Assembly: GCA_024690405.1 (NCBI GenBank)
Contig: JAILCU010000117.1
Location: 253 to 64,252 of the forward strand
DNA from: Bacteroidales bacterium
GTDB taxonomy: Bacteria; Bacteroidota; Bacteroidia; Bacteroidales; Bacteroidaceae
Direction: 5' to 3'
Length of the DNA stretch: 64,000 nucleotides
Part shown: piece after piece, positions 1-9,647 of the stretch
Numbering within the stretch: position 1 is the stretch's first letter
Layout: every line of letters starts with the position of its first letter
Made by a program: the position numbers and the translations under genes
The notes under the pieces: generated by a model
Databases searched by the model: none
What the model was told of the DNA's origin: nothing
Seen by the model: the letters and a program-made list of their open reading frames with translations, nothing else

Positions 1-458
1 TTGACGCAGATGGCGTGCACCTTGGTGACGTCGTCAGCGATAGCGCAGAGCTGGGGCATGGGGCCGAAGGGCAGCCCCTTGAAATCGAGGTCCAGCCCGG
101 CCACAATGACGCGGATACCGCGGTTGGCGAGTTCGTTGCATACGCCGACGATCTGATCGTCGAAGAATTGCGCCTCGTCAATGCCCAGGACATCGCAGTC
201 GGAGCCCATGAGGAGGATGCTGGCGGCATTCTCCACAGGCGTGGAGGTGATTGCGTTGCCTTCGTGGCTGACCACGTCTTCCTCACTGTAGCGCACGTCG
301 ATGGCAGGCTTGAAGATCTCAACTTTCTGCCGTGCGAACTTCGCCCGCTTCATTCTGCGAATCAGTTCCTCGGTCTTGCCGGAAAACATAGAACCGCAGA
401 TCACCTCCACACGCCCCCGGCGCATCATCTCTCCATTATAGTCTTTTGAGCCTGTCAT
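1..458 (-). CDS. tdk: thymidine kinase (N-terminal part; the gene runs off the window start)
   Basis: Manual minus-strand translation from ATG at 456-458 gives [68 protein letters not shown]... It has the P-loop GSMFSGKT and a typical TK layout. It is absent from the ORF track because it has no stop inside the window. Confidence 0.85.
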   Translation of the reverse strand, partial: MTGSKDYNGEMMRRGRVEVICGSMFSGKTEELIRRMKRAKFARQKVEIFKPAIDVRYSEEDVVSHEGNAITSTPVENAASILLMGSDCDVLGIDEAQFFDDQIVGVCNELANRGIRVIVAGLDLDFKGLPFGPMPQLCAIADDVTKVHAICV

Positions 459-483
459 ATTACTTTTTGTCGCTTTACGAGGC

Positions 484-491
484 CAAAAGTA
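484..491 (-). promoter_or_regulatory. candidate Bacteroidetes -7 promoter element (TActTTTG on the minus strand) for tdk
   Basis: The plus strand reads caaaagta, whose reverse complement TACTTTTG matches TAnnTTTG. It lies about 26 nt upstream of the tdk ATG. Confidence 0.4.
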
Positions 492-601
492 GTACTTTAT
501 TCGTTCACGACCAAAGAAATAAGACTAAAATACAGGCCAAAACGCAAATTAATTATAAAAAGTGATTCGTGAATCACAATTTATACCTATCTTTGCCGCG
601 T

Positions 602-1270
602 ATGCTTTATCTGGTTCCCACCCCCGTAGGCAATTTGGAAGATATCACGCTCCGTGCCTTGCGCGTGCTCAAAGAAGCCGACCTCATCCTGGCCGAAGAC
701 ACGCGCACAAGCGGTCTGCTGCTAAAGCACTTCGATATCCACCGCCCCATGCTCTCGTACCATAAGTTCAACGAGCACCAGACAGTGGAGCGTATCGTAG
801 AGCGTCTGCGCGCCGGAGAGACAGTGGCCGTCATCAGCGACGCAGGCACTCCCGGTATCAGCGACCCGGGTTTTCTGGTGGCACGTGAAGCGTCACGTGC
901 TGGTGTGGAGGTGAGCTGTCTTCCTGGTGCTACGGCTTTCGTGCCGGCCCTGGTCGTCTCGGGATTGCCCTGCGACAAGTTCTGCTTCGAGGGCTTTCTG
1001 CCACAGAAGAAAGGACGCCAGACGCGCCTGTCACAGCTGGCTGGTGAGACACGCACAATGGTGTTCTACGAGTCTCCGCACCGTGTAATCAAGACACTGC
1101 AGCAGTTTGTGGAGGTCTTCGGCCCCGAACGCCCCGTGTCTGTCTGCCGTGAGATCTCGAAGATCCACGAGGAGGTCGTACGCGGCACAACGACTGAGGT
1201 TCTGGCGCATTTCATGGAGCATGAGCCGCGCGGAGAGTTTGTCATCGTGGTAGGCGCAGGGACCCTCTAA
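602..1270 (+). CDS. rsmI: 16S rRNA (cytidine1402-2'-O)-methyltransferase, tetrapyrrole-methylase fold
   Basis: MLYLVPTPVGNLEDITLRALRVLKEADLILAEDTRTSGLLLKHF... and ISDAGTPGISDPGF are RsmI hallmarks. I moved the start to the internal ATG at 602 of ORF 569..1270. Confidence 0.85.
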   Translation: MLYLVPTPVGNLEDITLRALRVLKEADLILAEDTRTSGLLLKHFDIHRPMLSYHKFNEHQTVERIVERLRAGETVAVISDAGTPGISDPGFLVAREASRAGVEVSCLPGATAFVPALVVSGLPCDKFCFEGFLPQKKGRQTRLSQLAGETRTMVFYESPHRVIKTLQQFVEVFGPERPVSVCREISKIHEEVVRGTTTEVLAHFMEHEPRGEFVIVVGAGTL

Positions 1271-1388
1271 GCCCTCACATTTGCCATTAGACCAGGTACC
1301 ATTTACCATTTGGGCTAGCGCGGTGTGAAGGGGGTAAGAGGCGGCAGGGGACGAGGCGGCTTCGCTGGCAGGCCTTTATACGGGTGCT

Positions 1389-1706
1389 TACCTGGGCGAC
1401 GACGCCCAGGAATAGGACCGCCTCCGGGAAGGAAGGCGAGCAGCTTAAACCGCAAGCAAGGCGAGCAGCTTAAACCGCAAGCAAGGCGAGCTGCTTAAAC
1501 CGCAAGCAAGGCGAGCTGCTTAGACCGCAAGCAAGGTACCTGGGCGAGAACGCCCAGGAATAGGACCGCCTTCGGGAAGGAAAGCGAGCAGCTTAAACCG
1601 CGAGCAAGGCGAGCACCTTAAACCCCTTAAACCGCGAGCAAGGCGAGCAACTTAAACCCTTAAACCGCGAGCAAGGCGAGCAACTTAAACCGCAGCCAAA
1701 AGCTGC
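1389..1706. repeat. higher-order intergenic repeat array: two hairpin blocks, each followed by 25-33 bp units carrying CTTAAACCGC
   Basis: Block A (1389-1440) and block A' (1537-1588) are near-identical, and each contains the hairpin CCTGGGCG-nnnn-CGCCCAGG. Each block is followed by 4 tandem units, for example cagcttaaaccgcaagcaaggcgag at 1441, 1466 and 1491. No ORF spans the array. Confidence 0.9.
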
Positions 1707-1727
1707 ACAAAAGATAGAAAATAGAAT

Positions 1728-2579
1728 ATGAAGAAGTTAATGATTTTGCCACTTTGCATGATGATGCTGGTGGCTTGCAACGATTTCAAGAAAGCAGAGG
1801 AGCGTGCTCAGATGGAGCGCGATTCACTCATGCAAGTGATTGACGAGAAAGAGACGGAGCTCAACGAGATCATGGGGTCCATCAACGAGGTTCAGGAAGG
1901 TTTCCGTCAGATCAACGAAGCCGAGGGTCGCATCACGGTCGCCAACAGCAACCCCGAAGCGGCATCTTCGAAACAGGTGATCCGCGAGAATATGTCCTTC
2001 ATCCGCGAAGCAATGCAACAGAACCGCGAGCGCATCGCACAGCTCAAGGAGCGTCTGAAGACCTCTACCATCAACGTGGAGAAGCTCACCAAAACCATCC
2101 AGAACCTTTCTGCACAGCTGGAAGAACAAACCACGCGCATTCAGGAGATGGAAGCTCAGCTGGCCGAGAAAGACATTCAGATCGCAGAGCAGGGCGAGCA
2201 GATCAACGCCCTCAGCGAGAATGTCAGCAACCTGCAGGAAGACAATGCCCAGAAGCAGCAGACCATCGAAAGCCAGGACAAGGACCTGCACAGTGCATGG
2301 TTTGTGTTCGGCACGAAGGCAGAGCTCAAGGAGCAGAAGATTCTGCTAAAGGGTGATGTGCTGCAGAGCAAGGACTTCAACAAGAACTATTTCACCAAGA
2401 TCGACACGCGCATCGACAAGGAGATCAAGCTCTACAGCAAGAGCGCGAAGCTCCTGACGAACCACCCCGAAGGCAGCTATAGCCTGACAAAGGATGCCAA
2501 GGACCAGTACGTCCTGAAGATCACGGCTCCCGAGAAGTTCTGGAGCGCCAGCAAGTATCTGGTCATTCAGGTGAAATAA
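1728..2579 (+). CDS. coiled-coil lipoprotein of unknown function
   Basis: It has a lipoprotein signal, MKKLMILPLCMMMLVAC. A long heptad-like Q/E/L-rich segment follows (IQNLSAQLEEQTTRIQEMEAQLAEKDIQIAEQGEQINALSENVSNLQEDNAQKQQ). The C-terminal part is globular. Confidence 0.75.
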   Translation: MKKLMILPLCMMMLVACNDFKKAEERAQMERDSLMQVIDEKETELNEIMGSINEVQEGFRQINEAEGRITVANSNPEAASSKQVIRENMSFIREAMQQNRERIAQLKERLKTSTINVEKLTKTIQNLSAQLEEQTTRIQEMEAQLAEKDIQIAEQGEQINALSENVSNLQEDNAQKQQTIESQDKDLHSAWFVFGTKAELKEQKILLKGDVLQSKDFNKNYFTKIDTRIDKEIKLYSKSAKLLTNHPEGSYSLTKDAKDQYVLKITAPEKFWSASKYLVIQVK

Positions 2580-2592
2580 AGAACCGGTCCGT

Positions 2593-3843
2593 TTGAAAGA
2601 ATTTGTTATCACAGAAGCACAGACCGAAACGGCTGTGCTCGTGGGTCTTATCACCCCCGAACAGGACGAGCGCAAGACGACGGAGTATCTTGATGAACTG
2701 GAGTTCCTCGCCACCACGGCCGGAGCCGTCACCGTCAAGCGTTTCACACAACGTGTGGGAGGTCCCAATCAGGTGACCTACGTGGGCAAGGGTAAGCTCG
2801 ATGAGATCCGTGCGTATATCGTCGCGGAAGAAGATGCCGACCGCGAGGTAGGAATGGTCATCTTCGACGACGAGCTCAGCGCCAAGCAGCTCCGCAACAT
2901 CGAACAGGTGCTGAAGGTGAAGATCCTTGACCGCACCAGTCTCATCCTCGACATCTTCGCCATGCGCGCACAGACGTCCAACGCCAAGACGCAGGTGGAG
3001 CTGGCGCAGTATCGCTATATGCTGCCGCGCCTGCAACGCCTGTGGACGCACCTTGAGCGACAGGGAGGCGGTTCGGGTTCGGGCGGCGGCAAAGGCAGCG
3101 TGGGTCTGCGCGGTCCGGGTGAGACGCAACTTGAGATGGACCGCCGCATCATCCTCAACCGCATGAGCCTGCTGAAGCAGCGTCTGGCCGATATCGACCG
3201 TCAGAAGAGCACGCAGCGCGGCAACCGCGGCCGCATGATCCGCGTGGCGCTTGTGGGCTACACCAACGTGGGCAAAAGCACGCTGATGAACCTGCTCTCG
3301 AAGAGCGAGGTCTTTGCTGAAAACAAACTGTTCGCGACCCTCGACACCACCGTGCGCAAAGTCATCATCGACAACCTGCCCTTCCTCCTCTCCGACACCG
3401 TGGGTTTCATCCGCAAGCTGCCCACCGACCTCATCGAGTCGTTCAAGAGCACCCTCGACGAAGTGCGCGAGGCCGACCTGCTGGTTCACGTGGTAGATAT
3501 TTCACACCCGGATTTCGAAGAGCAGATCAAGGTCGTTGACAAAACGCTCAGCGACCTGAGCTGCGCCGACAAGCCTTCGATGCTCGTATTCAATAAGGTG
3601 GATGCCTACACCTTCACGCCGAAGGACCCCGATGACCTCACCCCCGTTTCACGTGAGAACCTCAGTCTGGCCGACCTGCAGCAGACATGGATGGCCCGCA
3701 TGGGCGAAGACTGTCTGTTCATCAGCGCCCGCGAGAAGACCAACTGCGAGCAGCTGCGCCAAGTGCTCTACGATCGCGTGCGCCAGCTGCACGTGCAGAA
3801 ATACCCCTACAACGACTTCCTTTTCCAGCACTACGATGAGTAG
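2593..3843 (+). CDS. hflX: GTPase HflX
   Basis: The HflX N-domain is followed by G1 GYTNVGKST, G3 DTVGF and G4 NKVD. The start appears to be TTG at 2593. Confidence 0.9.
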   Translation: MKEFVITEAQTETAVLVGLITPEQDERKTTEYLDELEFLATTAGAVTVKRFTQRVGGPNQVTYVGKGKLDEIRAYIVAEEDADREVGMVIFDDELSAKQLRNIEQVLKVKILDRTSLILDIFAMRAQTSNAKTQVELAQYRYMLPRLQRLWTHLERQGGGSGSGGGKGSVGLRGPGETQLEMDRRIILNRMSLLKQRLADIDRQKSTQRGNRGRMIRVALVGYTNVGKSTLMNLLSKSEVFAENKLFATLDTTVRKVIIDNLPFLLSDTVGFIRKLPTDLIESFKSTLDEVREADLLVHVVDISHPDFEEQIKVVDKTLSDLSCADKPSMLVFNKVDAYTFTPKDPDDLTPVSRENLSLADLQQTWMARMGEDCLFISAREKTNCEQLRQVLYDRVRQLHVQKYPYNDFLFQHYDE

Positions 3844-5047
3844 CGCCGCATCACAGGCAGCAGCCACAGCGGCGGGCCCGACCACGGGCCTCCAGCGTCA
3901 CGTAGTGCTCGATGCCCTGCGTGGCACGGCCTTGATGGGCATAGCCCTGGCCAACTTCCCTGAGTTCGCACTGTGGACCTTCCTCAGCCCTTCTGCTCAG
4001 GAAGCGCTACCCACCGCCGCAGCCGACCGTGTCGTGCGTTTCCTGCAGTATCTGTTCATCGACGGCAAGTTCTACACCATCTTCTCCCTGCTCTTCGGCA
4101 TCGGCTTCGCCCTCATCCTGGAGCGTCACAGTCTCAGCCTCTTCGTGCGGCGCATGCTCATCCTCGTGGCCATCGGACTGCTGCACCTACTCTTCATCTG
4201 GAGCGGCGACATTCTCCTGCTCTATGCAGTGGGCGGACTGCTGCTGACGCTCTTCGTGCGCCGTTCCACCCCTACCCTTCTCTATCTTGCCGCCGCCCTC
4301 ATCCTGGTGCCGGTGGTCCTCGACGCCCTCACCGAGTTCTGCGGAATGGATTTTGCCGCCCCTTTCTATCAGGCCTGGTGGAACGAAGCCGACACACGCG
4401 GCATCACTGAGGACAACTTCGCCACCTGGCTGCGCGACGCACATTCCTATCCGCAGATGTTTGCTTTCCTCTGCCAGGGGGCTTACGAACGCATCTGGGA
4501 ATTTGTGAGCGGCCACCGCCTGCCCAAGGTGCTCGGCCTCTTCATTTTGGGCTATCTCATCGGTAAGCACCGCCTCTATGCCCGCCTGCCAGAGTTGCCG
4601 TTGCGGCCTCTGCTCCGCCGGCTCACCCTGCCGGCCCTCCTCCTCTCGTTCGCCTACGCCTGGAGCGCCACCCATCATCAGCCATGGGGTCTTACCCTCC
4701 ATTCCGCACTTTACGCGTTCAGCGTCATCCCGCTGGCCGCGTGCTACGTAGCGGCCTTCAGCCTCAAACCCGTAAAGATGCTGGCAGCCCCCGGACGCAT
4801 GGCCCTCACCAACTATATCAGCCAGTCGGTCATCGGCATCCTCATCTTCTATGGCATGGGCTTCGGATTAGGCACCCGGGTGGGCCTCATCTACGTGGAA
4901 CTCATCGCCATGGGCGTTTTTGCCGTGCAAATCGTGCTCAGCCACCTCTGGCTGCACTATTTCCGCTTCGGTCCGCTGGAATGGGTGTGGCGCATGCTCA
5001 CCTACGGCCGCTATTTCCCCCTGCTGAAGAGGTCAGAGCCCGTTTGA
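3836..5047 (+). CDS. DUF418/YeiB-like polytopic membrane protein
   Basis: LDALRGTALMGIALANFPEF is followed by many hydrophobic helices and ends FGPLEWVWRMLTYG, as in the YeiB family. I set the start at ATG 3836, which overlaps the hflX stop (ATGAGTAG). The upstream part of ORF 3602..5047 overlaps hflX out of frame. Confidence 0.75.
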   Translation: MSSAASQAAATAAGPTTGLQRHVVLDALRGTALMGIALANFPEFALWTFLSPSAQEALPTAAADRVVRFLQYLFIDGKFYTIFSLLFGIGFALILERHSLSLFVRRMLILVAIGLLHLLFIWSGDILLLYAVGGLLLTLFVRRSTPTLLYLAAALILVPVVLDALTEFCGMDFAAPFYQAWWNEADTRGITEDNFATWLRDAHSYPQMFAFLCQGAYERIWEFVSGHRLPKVLGLFILGYLIGKHRLYARLPELPLRPLLRRLTLPALLLSFAYAWSATHHQPWGLTLHSALYAFSVIPLAACYVAAFSLKPVKMLAAPGRMALTNYISQSVIGILIFYGMGFGLGTRVGLIYVELIAMGVFAVQIVLSHLWLHYFRFGPLEWVWRMLTYGRYFPLLKRSEPV

Positions 5048-5103
5048 TTCCTTGCCCGAACAAATATTTTCCGCAACTTCGCGCGCATATAAAAAATAAT
5101 TTG

Positions 5104-5111
5104 TATCTTTG
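5104..5111 (+). promoter_or_regulatory. candidate -7 promoter element TAtcTTTG for the fumarate hydratase gene
   Basis: TATCTTTG matches the Bacteroides TAnnTTTG consensus and lies 77 nt upstream of ATG 5188. Confidence 0.5.
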
Positions 5112-5187
5112 CGCCACTCTATCAAACTCTTAAACCCCTTAAACCGCAGTCTTCGGCTGCACCTTAAACTCTTAAACGAGATAACCT

Positions 5188-6834
5188 ATGGCCAACAAAC
5201 CCGATTTCAAGTACGCCCCTATGTTTCAGCTGGGCGAAGACAAGACCGAATACCGCCTGCTCACGCGCGACGGCGTAACCACTTCCACCTTCGAAGGCAA
5301 GGAGATTGTCAAGGTCTCGCCCGAGGCACTGACGCTTCTGGCGCAGCAAGCCTTCCACGACTGCGAGTTCATGCTCCGCCGCGAGCACAACAAACAAGTC
5401 GCTGCCATCCTCACCGACCCCGAGGCTTCGGAAAACGACAAATACGTAGCCCTGCAGTTCCTGCGTAACGCCGAGACATCGGCAAAAGGCATCCTCCCCT
5501 TCTGCCAGGACACCGGCACCGCCATCATCCACGGCGAGAAGGGTCAGCAGGTATGGACGGGCTTTGAGGACGAAGAAGCCCTCTCGCGCGGCGTATTCAA
5601 CACGTACGTGAACGACAACCTTCGCTATTCGCAGAACGCCCCGTTGAATATGTACGACGAGGTGAACACCCGCTGCAACCTGCCCGCACAAATCGACATT
5701 GAAGCCACCGAGGGCGCCGAATACCGCTTCGTGATGGTGGCAAAAGGGGGCGGTTCGGCCAACAAGACCTATTTCTATCCGATGACCAAGGCCACCATCC
5801 AGAACGAAGGCACGCTCATCCCCTTCCTCGTAGAGAAGATGAAGAGCCTCGGCACCGCCGCCTGTCCGCCTTATCACATCGCTTTTGTCATCGGTGGCAC
5901 ATCGGCTGAGAAGAACTTACTGACGGTGAAACTCGCCAGCATCAAGTACTACGACGGACTGCCCACGACGGGCGACGAGACTGGTCGTGCCTTCCGCGAC
6001 GTCGATTTGGAAAAGAAGCTGCTGAAAGAAGCACACAATATCGGACTCGGAGCACAGTTCGGCGGAAAATACATGGCCCACGACATCCGCGTGGTCCGCT
6101 TGCCCCGTCATGGTGCCTCGTGTCCCATCGGCATGGGCGTGAGTTGTTCGGCCGACCGCAACATCAAAGCCAAAATCAACCGCGACGGTGTGTGGCTGGA
6201 AGTGATGGACAGCAATCCCACGGAACTGATTCCCGAAGAACTGCGTCGTCCGGGCGAAGGCACAAAGGGCATAGAGATTGACCTGTCAAAAGGCATTGAT
6301 GCCGTACGTGCCGAACTGACGAAATATCCCGTCTCCACCCGCGTGAACCTGAAAGGCACCATCATTGTTGCCCGCGACATCGCTCACGCCAAGTTGAAAG
6401 CACGTCTGGATGCTGGCGAGGAGATGCCACAGTACTTCAAAGACTATCCCGTGCTCTATGCCGGACCCGCCAAGACGCCCGAAGGCTATCCCTGCGGCTC
6501 CATGGGTCCGACCACGGCCAACCGTATGGACCCCTACGTGGACGAGTTCCAGGATCACGGTGCCAGTCTGGTGATGATAGCCAAGGGCAACCGTTCACAG
6601 CAGGTGACTGACGCCTGCCAGAAACACGGCGGTTTCTACCTCGGCACCATCGGTGGCGTAGCAGCCGTACTGTCACAGTCAAGCATCAAGTCCATCGAAT
6701 GCGTAGAATATCCCGAACTCGGCATGGAGGCTATCTGGAAAATTGAAGTCGAAGACTTCCCCGCCTTCATCCTCGTCGACGACAAAGGCAATGACTTCTT
6801 CAAGCAGTTGAAGCCATTGTGCTGCAAGAACTAA
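5188..6834 (+). CDS. class I (Fe-S, FumA/FumB-type) fumarate hydratase, fused alpha and beta domains
   Basis: The 548-aa protein carries [10 protein letters not shown], the GGTSAEKN region and a C-terminal beta-domain ([13 protein letters not shown]...GNRS). Confidence 0.9.
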   Translation: MANKPDFKYAPMFQLGEDKTEYRLLTRDGVTTSTFEGKEIVKVSPEALTLLAQQAFHDCEFMLRREHNKQVAAILTDPEASENDKYVALQFLRNAETSAKGILPFCQDTGTAIIHGEKGQQVWTGFEDEEALSRGVFNTYVNDNLRYSQNAPLNMYDEVNTRCNLPAQIDIEATEGAEYRFVMVAKGGGSANKTYFYPMTKATIQNEGTLIPFLVEKMKSLGTAACPPYHIAFVIGGTSAEKNLLTVKLASIKYYDGLPTTGDETGRAFRDVDLEKKLLKEAHNIGLGAQFGGKYMAHDIRVVRLPRHGASCPIGMGVSCSADRNIKAKINRDGVWLEVMDSNPTELIPEELRRPGEGTKGIEIDLSKGIDAVRAELTKYPVSTRVNLKGTIIVARDIAHAKLKARLDAGEEMPQYFKDYPVLYAGPAKTPEGYPCGSMGPTTANRMDPYVDEFQDHGASLVMIAKGNRSQQVTDACQKHGGFYLGTIGGVAAVLSQSSIKSIECVEYPELGMEAIWKIEVEDFPAFILVDDKGNDFFKQLKPLCCKN

Positions 6835-6856
6835 AGAAACGTTCAATAACAAGAAA

Positions 6857-6896
6857 GGGGTCCACTTCAATGATGAAGTGGACCCCTTGTTTTTTC
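6857..6896 (+). terminator. rho-independent terminator after the fumarate hydratase gene
   Basis: A perfect 13-bp stem, GGGGTCCACTTCA/TGAAGTGGACCCC, has a 4-nt loop and is followed by TTGTTTTTT. Confidence 0.85.
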
Positions 6897-7272
6897 ATTC
6901 TTCAGCGCCCACCTGTCATTAAGAAAGCGATCAAAGCCGTGAATGGGCTGCACCAATCTTATATCTTTTTTGACATTGAATAATTGGCAGAGAGACTGCT
7001 GCCAATGGCTGAGTTCACGAATGCGGGCGTGACTAAAATCACGATTGATTAGAATGATGAGGGGGAAGAAGAAGTGACAGGGGACGGCCCTGAAGTGAAT
7101 CCCCCTCCAGTAGTGGAGCGTTTTATGTAGTATGTAGGCAGATTTTGTTAAAAAATATTTTTTTCTTGCTAAAAAGGCGATGCAGCGCAGGTCATTTTCT
7201 TGGCAAGGGGCAAAAAGATTGCGGGATTTGGCATTTTTATCTCTAATTCTTTGATAATTAGTAACTAATGTG

Positions 7273-7280
7273 TATTTTTG
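7273..7280 (+). promoter_or_regulatory. candidate -7 promoter element TAttTTTG
   Basis: TATTTTTG lies 34 nt upstream of ATG 7314. Confidence 0.4.
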
Positions 7281-7313
7281 CCGCGTAACACTACTGACCT
7301 AATAAAACTAACA

Positions 7314-8123
7314 ATGAAAAAATTCCTATTCTTATTCCTGTTCTTGTGTCCCGTATTTGCTTCGGCACAGGATGTCATCGTGAAGACCGACGGTTCGACG
7401 ATTATCAGCAAAGTCACGGAAATCACGGGCACGGAGGTCAAGTACAAGAAGTTCTCCAATCTTGAAGGGCCGACGTACAGCCTGCTTAAATCGGAGATAC
7501 AAGTGATTAACTATGAGAACGGCGAAAAGGAGTCTTTCTCTCAAGCCCCCGGCCCCGACGTAACGGAGGAGGAACGTGATGATCCCGATGACAACAACCG
7601 CGTTCCGGACCGTATGCACATGAGTTTTCGTGCCGGCACATCTTTGGGCGTGGGAGAAGCCGGCGGTATCTTCTTCGTTCAGGGCGGTTTTGGCTTTGAC
7701 TACCAGATTGCCAGAATCCCTCTCTTCCTGGAGACGGGCCTGCAGTATATGAACAAGGGGCAACTTGATTGGGAATACTCCTATAATAATTACAGCGACA
7801 GGTACCGCACCGTTGAAGAGAATCATTGCTTTTACGTTCCTGTGCTCGTCAGTTATCACATGAACATCGGTCCCAACCTCTTCCTCCAGCCATTTGGCGG
7901 CTTGACGGTTGGTTTCAGCGGAACGCGGCTGTTCTTCGATTCGGCCGTTCGTCTAGGTTTAGGCTTTAATTTCGGACGCCTGTACAGCAATGTGGGTTTT
8001 GACATAGGCATCACTCCCCATGAGTCAGAAAATTCCATTTACGATGGACAGAGTGAAAAAGACCATTGGGCCAACTATAATGCCTTCTTCACCGTAGGTG
8101 TCAACTTCCTGGGTCGCCGATAA
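7314..8123 (+). CDS. outer-membrane beta-barrel protein with a small N-terminal domain
   Basis: The signal peptide is MKKFLFLFLFLCPVFASAQ. An acidic linker (EEERDDPDDNN) follows, then alternating-hydrophobic strands ending in an aromatic-rich C-terminus (FFTVGVNFLGRR). I moved the start to the internal ATG of ORF 7278..8123. Confidence 0.7.
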   Translation: MKKFLFLFLFLCPVFASAQDVIVKTDGSTIISKVTEITGTEVKYKKFSNLEGPTYSLLKSEIQVINYENGEKESFSQAPGPDVTEEERDDPDDNNRVPDRMHMSFRAGTSLGVGEAGGIFFVQGGFGFDYQIARIPLFLETGLQYMNKGQLDWEYSYNNYSDRYRTVEENHCFYVPVLVSYHMNIGPNLFLQPFGGLTVGFSGTRLFFDSAVRLGLGFNFGRLYSNVGFDIGITPHESENSIYDGQSEKDHWANYNAFFTVGVNFLGRR

Positions 8124-8528
8124 AATGCCGTGAAACAATATTTATAGGTTATTTAATAGAAAGAGACAACGAAAATCGAATTCTACTGGCAAATTTCGGA
8201 TTATAATCCCAAAAAGTGAGGAAGATTTGGATTTTGACCGCTTTTAGCCTTATCTTCATTACACCGACATTACGCTAAAAGCTATTCTTGGCGAACGAAA
8301 TCGCAACTGGAAACAGACTATATTGAGGAATGCGACGACACATTCCGCGCCTTCGAGCGTATCGGCTCGACCACTCAAACTATTAACGAAAATTTAACGG
8401 CCAATTATACAGCAATTACACGTTCAAAAAAAGATATAAAGAGGATCTTCGGTGAATAATTAGGAGGAGCAAGAAAGCGATTTTTAGTTTTTTATATTCG
8501 GAATGTATCCTTTTTCCATATTTATGCT

Positions 8529-8536
8529 TACCTTTG
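8529..8536 (+). promoter_or_regulatory. candidate -7 promoter element TAccTTTG for metF
   Basis: TACCTTTG lies 66 nt upstream of ATG 8602. Confidence 0.45.
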
Positions 8537-8601
8537 CTGCGATTTCACATCAGGCTGTCCATAAGAGAACCACACGGGGCGCCTAAGAAAAGACAGGAAC
8601 A

Positions 8602-9582
8602 ATGCTATCACAACTTTATCCAAAGGTATCTGCCACCTCATCCACTGAGAAGGTCGTGGAAAGACCTGGTTTCTCCTTCGAAGTTCTGCCGCCCCTGAAA
8701 GGCACAGGCACCGAAGCCATTTTCAAGACAATTGAAACACTGGCCCCGTTCAGCCCGCGCCACATCAACATCACGACCCACCGTGCAGAGTATGTCTATC
8801 GCGAGTTGGAGAACGGACTGGTGGAGCGCCGACGTGTGCGCCGCCGACCTGGGACCATTGCAATTTCCGCTGCCATTCAGCAGCGCTACAGTATTCCGGT
8901 AATTCCGCATCTCGTCTGTTCCGGTTCTACGCGAGAAGATATAGAATATGCGTTGTTAGACTTACAATTCCTTGGAATCAGTGATGTCTTTCTGCTTCGC
9001 GGTGACAAGGCTAAAGAGGAGAGCAGTTATCAGCCGACACCTGGCGGCTACACGCATGCCATGGAACTCATCGACCAAGTGAACCAGTTCAATGAAGGCT
9101 GCTTCGCTGACGGTACACCCATGAAAGTCAAAGGAACGCCTTTTGATTTCGGCGTGGCTTGTTATCCCGAGAAACACGAAGAAGCCCCCAACCTGGAAGC
9201 CGACATTCAGGTACTGTTAGAGAAACAGCATCGCGGGGCAAAAGTGGCCATCACGCAGCTGTTCTACGACAACGACAAGTTCTATGAATTCCAGCGTCAA
9301 GCCCGCAAAGCAGGCGTCAACATACCCATTATCCCCGGTCTGAAGCCTCTCACCAAACTGTCACAGTTATCCATGGTCCCCAAGACCTTCCGCTGCGATT
9401 TTCCTCCTGCACTCTATGCTGAATTACGCCGTTGCCAGAGCGACGCAGACGTGAAGCAGGTAGGCATCGAATGGGCCGTAAGCCAATGCCAGGACCTGAT
9501 TGCACACGATATCCCGAGTCTGCATTTCTACACGCTCAGCGCCACAGACAGCATTCGCCAAATTGCAGAGAGGGTGTATTGA
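8602..9582 (+). CDS. metF: 5,10-methylenetetrahydrofolate reductase
   Basis: FSFEVLPPLKG, the HLVCSG region and LHFYTLS are typical of MetF/MTHFR. Confidence 0.9.
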   Translation: MLSQLYPKVSATSSTEKVVERPGFSFEVLPPLKGTGTEAIFKTIETLAPFSPRHINITTHRAEYVYRELENGLVERRRVRRRPGTIAISAAIQQRYSIPVIPHLVCSGSTREDIEYALLDLQFLGISDVFLLRGDKAKEESSYQPTPGGYTHAMELIDQVNQFNEGCFADGTPMKVKGTPFDFGVACYPEKHEEAPNLEADIQVLLEKQHRGAKVAITQLFYDNDKFYEFQRQARKAGVNIPIIPGLKPLTKLSQLSMVPKTFRCDFPPALYAELRRCQSDADVKQVGIEWAVSQCQDLIAHDIPSLHFYTLSATDSIRQIAERVY

Positions 9583-9647
9583 GGGACGGTGCCTTAAACG
9601 GTAAAGGCCATATGCTTTCTTGAGAAGACTAACGTATTAGCCAAACG

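Noticed and set aside
1389-1706. Possible CRISPR array, because of many short direct repeats
   Set aside because: The units abut directly with no unique spacers, the period is 25-33 bp, and the array has a duplicated super-unit structure. No cas genes are nearby. I report it as a tandem repeat instead.
2563-3489. Long antisense ORFs, for example 2563..3489(-), 5164..5877(-), 14404..16053(+), 18699..19409(-), 43085..43663(-), 43846..44376(+), 48917..49672(-) and 35487..36122(-)
   Set aside because: Each lies fully inside, and opposite to, a gene with clear family motifs. Their products are low-complexity and Arg/Ala/Gly/His-rich, as expected for shadow frames in GC-rich coding DNA.
3602-3835. 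N-terminal 78-aa extension of the DUF418 ORF (3602..5047)
   Set aside because: It overlaps the 3' end of hflX in another frame and is Pro/Arg/Ser-rich. The family-typical N-terminus (LDALRG...) follows soon after the ATG at 3836, which overlaps the hflX stop.
8537-8601. SAM or SAH riboswitch in the metF leader
   Set aside because: The leader after the putative promoter is only about 65 nt, and I could not recognise any conserved SAM-I/II or SAH motif in it.
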